Below, piece after piece: positions 58,601-64,000 of a DNA stretch of 64,000 nt. The notes below the pieces were generated by a model that did not search any database, was not told the origin of the DNA, and saw only the letters and a list, made by a program, of their open reading frames with translations. Position 1 is the first letter of the stretch; each line of letters opens with the position of its first letter. The position numbers were made by a program, and so were the translations under genes. The stretch comes from Rhizodiscina lignyota (taxonomy: Eukaryota). Location: positions 310,001 through 374,000 of the forward strand of contig ML978138.1 of the NCBI GenBank assembly GCA_010015805.1, read 5' to 3'.

Positions 58601-61174
58601 GTGTGGCAGGGTTCGATATTTGAAACCGAAAGGAATACGCTTGCCTTCGACTGACTGCTGTCCGACAAGAGCTGACATCTGAGAGATGTTGATGGCAGAA
58701 CCCTTGGAACCGGCCCTGGCCATTTGAATGGCGTTGTTCAAGTCTTTCAAGTTCCTCTCGGTCCTGGTACCAGCATTGTCACGCGCGCTGTTGAGGGCTT
58801 TGGAGACCTTGCTCTCGAATGTTTCACGAATGTTCATGCCCGGAAGCGGCTCAAGTTCGTTTGCCGTCGCCTGCTTGGTGATGGTCTCCACTTCTTCCTT
58901 CTGCTCCCTGACAGCAGAGACGATCTGTTCAGTGGTCTTGGCATCTGGAATGGTATCACCAACACCAATACTGAAGCCGTTGTGCAGCAGCCAGTAATTG
59001 ACAATGCGCTGAGTGCCATTGAAGAAGTTCACAGCAGCTTCCCAGCCCTTCTCGTTGAAGATTAGGTGAACGACACCACCACCGCTCGCACCAACTGACT
59101 TCTTGTTGAACATGCCGTACATGAGCTCACCGCCATGGACAAGAAGACCGTCATCGTTGGCCGGGGAGAGGCCTTCGCTGCTGCCGCGCTTAAGGTTCAG
59201 GCCAGAAGGCAGAGCCAAACTGATGATTTGCTTGCCAGTCCAGCGAGGACGCGGCTTCAGGATCGCGGGCTGAGGAATAACACCGTCCCAATCAGGCACC
59301 CACATAAGAATATTCATCACCTGTTCCTTGGTCAAGAACACGTCGCGGCGGCAGAGCTTGTAGATGCCGGCAAGTGTATCCTGGACGATACCCATGAGAG
59401 GGCCGTTGCGCTGTGGAGAGACGATGTTGAGAGGCACCATGCAAAGCTGCATTACTTCAGCACGCGTCTCCTCGCTCTGTGGAACGTGCAAGTTCATCTC
59501 GTCACCGTCGAAATCGGCGTTGTATGGAGAGGTAACGGAGAGATTGAGACGGAAGGTAGAGTATGGCATGACGCGGACGCGGTGGCCCATCATGGACTCT
59601 TTGTGAAGAGACGGCTGACGGTTGAAGATAATAAAGTCACCATCAACGATGTGGCGCTCCACCTTCCAACCATACTGCAATCTGATGTCCGAGACGCGCT
59701 TGTGATAGCGTAGATCGATGCGCTCGCCGGTGTCTCGAATGACATACTTCGCTCCTGGATGGGTATTCGGACCATTCTTCACCAATTCGTGCAACTTGGC
59801 AATATTGTACGGCGTGACTGTCTCGGGATAGGTCAAGATACGTGCCGTGCTGCGAGGAACGCCAACTTCGTCGAGTGAGAGGTTGGGGTCACCAGTGATG
59901 ACAGTACGCGCGGAGAAGTCCACACGCTTTCCCATCAAGTTGCCACGCAGACGACCTTCCTTGCCCTTGAGACGAGAGCGGATGGTCTTGAGCGGACGAC
60001 CAGACTTCTGCAAAGCTTGCGGCTGACCAGCAATGTTGTTGTCCATGTAGGTTGCCACATGGTATTGGAGAAGGGTTTCGAACTCGCTTACAACGTGCTG
60101 TGGTGAGCCTTCCTGTTCGCATCGCTTGACGTTGGAGTTTGCTCGGACGATATCGCTCAGCTTGTAGGTAAGGTCGTCCTCGCCACGCATGCCTTGACCA
60201 GTTCCATCCACGGAGATACTCGGACGAACGGGTGGAGGAGGGACTGGCAGGACAGTGATGACCATCCACTCAGGCCTAGCGTAGTGCCTGTTCAAACCAA
60301 GCTTGCCCATGTCTTCCTCGGAGATGTTCTTAAAGACGTTCAATGCCATCTGAGGTGTGATCTGCTTCTTCTCCGGCCCACGGCCCTCGTCATCCTCGTC
60401 AGACTTTGGCATCTTCCACGTTCCGATCAGCTTCAGGCCCTCCTTGCGAATCTCGGGGTGAATGTTGCCACAGCCACCATGCTTGATCTTCGGCTTCGAC
60501 TTCTGCGCAGCAATGTCGTCAAATTCGTCCTTTTCATCTTCAACGGCGTCCATGGCGCAAACTTTCTTGGCCTTACAAGCGCGATGGACCATGTCGAATC
60601 GCTTCTTGGGATCGCGAAATCGGAGAGCGTCCTTAAATTTAGGGTCGCTCTATTAAGTCACGGTGAGCATAGAGCATTCAAAACTGTCACCTTAACAAAA
60701 GGAAACGAACCTCATCAGACAAGATCTTGCCACAGTTGTGACATACGCATTCCAGCAATTTCTTGATCTTGGTGATGAAACCTAGGCCAGTCAGCAACTG
60801 TTCATTCGTTAGAAGGCATTTCAGTACATACCAACATGAAAAACTGGCACAGCCAGTTCGATATGGCCGAAGTGGCCAACACACTCCTGCATGTTCTCAC
60901 CGCAAGTGCCGCATTGAAAGGAACGATCGATAGTGCCGAGTCTCGGGTCGTTCAAGCCAGATTCACGCGGGCGCTGCTTTTGTTCATCCTTTCCGTAGGT
61001 TAGCATAATCTTGAGTCCAATATTGTAGGGAAGGAAGTGGCATACCATAGTCTCAGGATACAGGATCTGGCACACGCTCATTCCCTTGATCTCTTCTGGG
61101 TTGAGCAGGCCAAACTGGACTTCCTGGATGGTGCGCAGCGGCGCCTGCGAGTATGCAAAGTTGAGGTTCGCCAT
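55697..61174 (-). CDS. RPB1: RNA polymerase II largest subunit
   Basis: [10 protein letters not shown] active site, [27 protein letters not shown]-terminal heptad-like repeats; 5-prime exons at 60650-61174. Confidence 0.99.
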
Positions 61175-61838
61175 GGTTGCTGTTTAGTGAAAGGTCGTTC
61201 GAGAGGAAGGTTTTAAGATCGTTGGCGATGTCGCGGAGTCGCGTGTTCGTGTTTTGAATCGCAAGTTGTGGGAGAGGAGGCGCTTCACTCGACCGCCACC
61301 TGACGAAAACACCACCGATTCGAGCAACTTGTGCTGCGCTTCCGAAGAGCCTCAAATGCACTCAATGAAACCTCCTGACGCGATCTACCGACTATTCGAA
61401 GAGGCACTCGAAGCGCTCAACGCGCTGGCCGCGCGGCGGCGTGAATGTGTGGACGTGAGAACCCGTTGCGACCGACGCGGGTGGCTGGCTTCGAGCGCGG
61501 CGTGCGAAAGAGCGGAAACTCACTTCAAGCGAATGAAGCAAGCCGACTGAGCAGAGCAAGGTGGTTTGCGCGATGCTGCTCAGCTAAAGATACGTCGTCG
61601 GCGGGTTGACGGTGGTAGATGTTCTGGTGAGCGTGGTGTCGGGAAGGGGAGAAGGCTTTGTTCTCCCCAGCCTGCGGCAACGCCAAGCCGCGCTAGCCCG
61701 TTTACATCCTAGGGGCGAAGAGCCTCAATGTCAAACCAGACGCGACTCACAAACGAGCCTACACGCGACTCCAACGTCACCGTCACTGCGAGCGCTGAGA
61801 ATGCTCCTCGCTGCAACAGCTTCTCATCAGGATTCAAG

Positions 61839-63384
61839 ATGAATCTGAGTCTTTCTGACTCTTCGTTCTTCCTCAAGGACAGACCGGAAGTTCTGGTTGG
61901 CAGGCTTCGTGAGCGTTCTCGAACCTTACTTTAGCCGCACGCACTGACTCGCTTTCCAGGCAGCGGCCACTCCACTGTGATCAAGTTCAGTCACCGTGGT
62001 AAGCATCCAATTCACGTGCTGTACGGGCAGAAGACGCCACTAACCGTAAAATATAGGCGATTTTCTTGCGTCCGGTCGACTCGATGGCACCGTTGTTGTC
62101 TTTGACGTGGAGACCAGTGGAGTCGCGCGCAAGTTGAGGGGCCACACCCGTCAAGTCCAATCGCTCAGTTGGTCGTCCGATGATCGATATCTACTCACAG
62201 CATCTCATGACTGGAAGTGCATTCTCTGGGACTTGCAAGATGGCTCAAGGCTTCGAACGGTCCGGTTCGAGGCTCCCGTCTTCATCGCAGAGCTTCATCC
62301 CAAGAATCATTTCCTCTTCGTGATTGCGCTCTTTGAAGACCAACCTCAACTCGTCGACGTCTCCTCCGAAACGCCTTTGAAACGTACCACCCCTTCCACC
62401 CCGAAGCGGTCCCAGGCGGACAAAGAGAGCGGAGGCGAGAAACAAGCCGCGCAAGATGCGAAGAATACCACTACCGTCGCTACTTTCACGAGCAACGGCG
62501 ACCACATACTATCTGGCACGAACAAGGGCTGGTTGAATGTTATTGATACGGCGACCTGCAAGACCTTCTACTCGACCCATCTGACGAACAGCATTGTAAT
62601 CTACATCAGACTCAATGGCAAAGGAGAAACAATACTCGTCAACTCCAGCGATCGATGTGTACGCACGATCAAGCTTCCTAATTTCAGTTCTGATGGATTC
62701 GACTGGGACAATCTGAGGTTAGAGGTTGAACACAAATTCCAGGATCAAATCAATCGGCAGTCATGGAATCATGCTTGCTTCAGTCCAGCAGACGGCGAGT
62801 ATGCAGCTATGACATCCTACATGAACCACATCATCTACTTATGGGAGCGTGCCGAAAAAGGAAGTTTAGTCGCGGTGTTGGAAGGACCAAAGGAGGAGCT
62901 GTCAGTCGTGGAATGGCATCCCAATAAGACTTTTGTTGCGGCCATTGGCGTGGACTCCGGTCGCATATACCTCTGGGCGACACCCACGCCTCAGCGATGG
63001 TCGGCACTTGCGCCAGACTTTGTCGAAGTGGAAGAGAACGTGGAGTACGTCGAGCGCGAAGACGAATTCGATATCCATCCGATCGAAGAGGTTCACAAGC
63101 GACGTTTAGACGCGGAAGATGAAGAGGTGGATGTTCTTACCACCGAGCCTGCCAAGGCGGAGTCTGTCGATGGGCAATTCCGGATGCCTGTGCTGCTGGA
63201 TATCGAGGCAAGCGACAGCGAGGACGAAATGATAGCGATTGGTGCGGGCCAGTTCCGTAGGAAGAGCCCCGGGGCTGGACGAGATTGGGGCGATGAAGGG
63301 AGCAACGCTCCGAGTGGAGACGAGCGAAAGGTGAATGGTGCTGTGAGAGGCACCAACGGAAACAAGAGACGAAGAGCCGAGTGA
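61839..63384 (+). CDS. SWD1: COMPASS/Set1 complex WD40 subunit Swd1 (RBBP5)
   Basis: MNLSLSD start, GVARKLRGHTRQVQSLSWS, WD40 repeats, WSALAPDFVEVEENVEYVEREDEFD; two 5-prime introns; head-to-head with RPB1. Confidence 0.95.
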
Positions 63385-64000
63385 TTGAACATTCAATCGA
63401 TCGGTTGATTTCCTCGGTATGTTACTGACATTGCAAAGCAACATATCTCTCTTCCTTCTCCGTCGCCTACCAGGCGAGTAGGAATACTTAAACAAAACAC
63501 AGAGAAGATCTGCTGCGACAAACTGCTCTAGCAGTGGTGCAGTCCAGGATGGCAGAGAGACAGCTAGGTATCTTTTTGATTTGCCTGCATATACGACTTA
63601 AGACTCGACATTTGGCACGAATGTGCCTTGGTATGGGTCCAGCAGATGTTCATTGGAGATGAGCATGGTGGCTAAATTGGGCATCATCCGCTGCAATGGG
63701 TAGTTGGTTGGGGAATTCATCCCCACGAGATATATTCGAACGAGATCCAATGACAGACGATTATGAATGACACTTCAATCTGAGTTACAAAATCGGCCAT
63801 GTCTACGCTGGTAGAGCGGCTACGCGATCAAAAGTGTTTCGAACTCGTCCACAGCCACACTTAGATACCTGAACGACTTCTTTCGGCGATACTTCACCGA
63901 ACCTCAGCACGCCAACCCACACAGCCAGCAGCAGATCAGACACTTCCCCGAAAAGGCCACAACTGAACCACCGGTTTTTAATTCGATACTAGACACGCAC

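Noticed and set aside
55597..60766. Long alternative-frame and antisense ORFs inside RPB1 (358, 391, 209 aa and others)
   Set aside because: Expected by-products of codon bias and CTD repeats
61343..61728. CGAAGAGCCTCAA occurring twice in the RPB1/SWD1 divergent promoter
   Set aside because: Only two copies, with a similar word near 53059; function cannot be supported
63549..64000. Fragment resembling an F-box/2EXR-type start (FDLPA...LDIWHEC) at the window end
   Set aside because: Interrupted by stops and frame changes, and truncated by the window edge

Overview
Eukaryotic DNA from a filamentous ascomycete (Pezizomycotina, probably Dothideomycetes; inferred from short GT-AG introns with CTAAC/CTGAC branch points and the gene content). 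The right third (about 43-63 kb) is a housekeeping block: a membrane DnaJ protein, RPA43, a coilin-like protein, TMA23-like, THG1, RPB1 and SWD1. The left two thirds mix core genes (UBC11/UBE2C, ELL-like factor, amidase, HAD hydrolase, DUF2237) with accessory-looking material: a bacterial-type NIPSNAP gene, small secreted Cys-rich proteins, three BTB paralogs (one with a nonsense codon), two tandem copies of an APH-kinase + small Cys/His protein pair, a large orphan gene and other damaged genes. The best candidate for a new system is at 19.0-21.2 kb. There a 62-aa secreted precursor (signal peptide, dibasic RR site, single 27-aa core with 6 Cys) lies directly upstream of a DUF3328/UstYa oxidase with two HxxHC motifs, suggesting an atypical fungal RiPP locus without core repeats. 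I recognised no rRNA, tRNA, CRISPR array or intact transposon. Exon boundaries were placed by eye and family assignments come from recalled motifs, not database searches.
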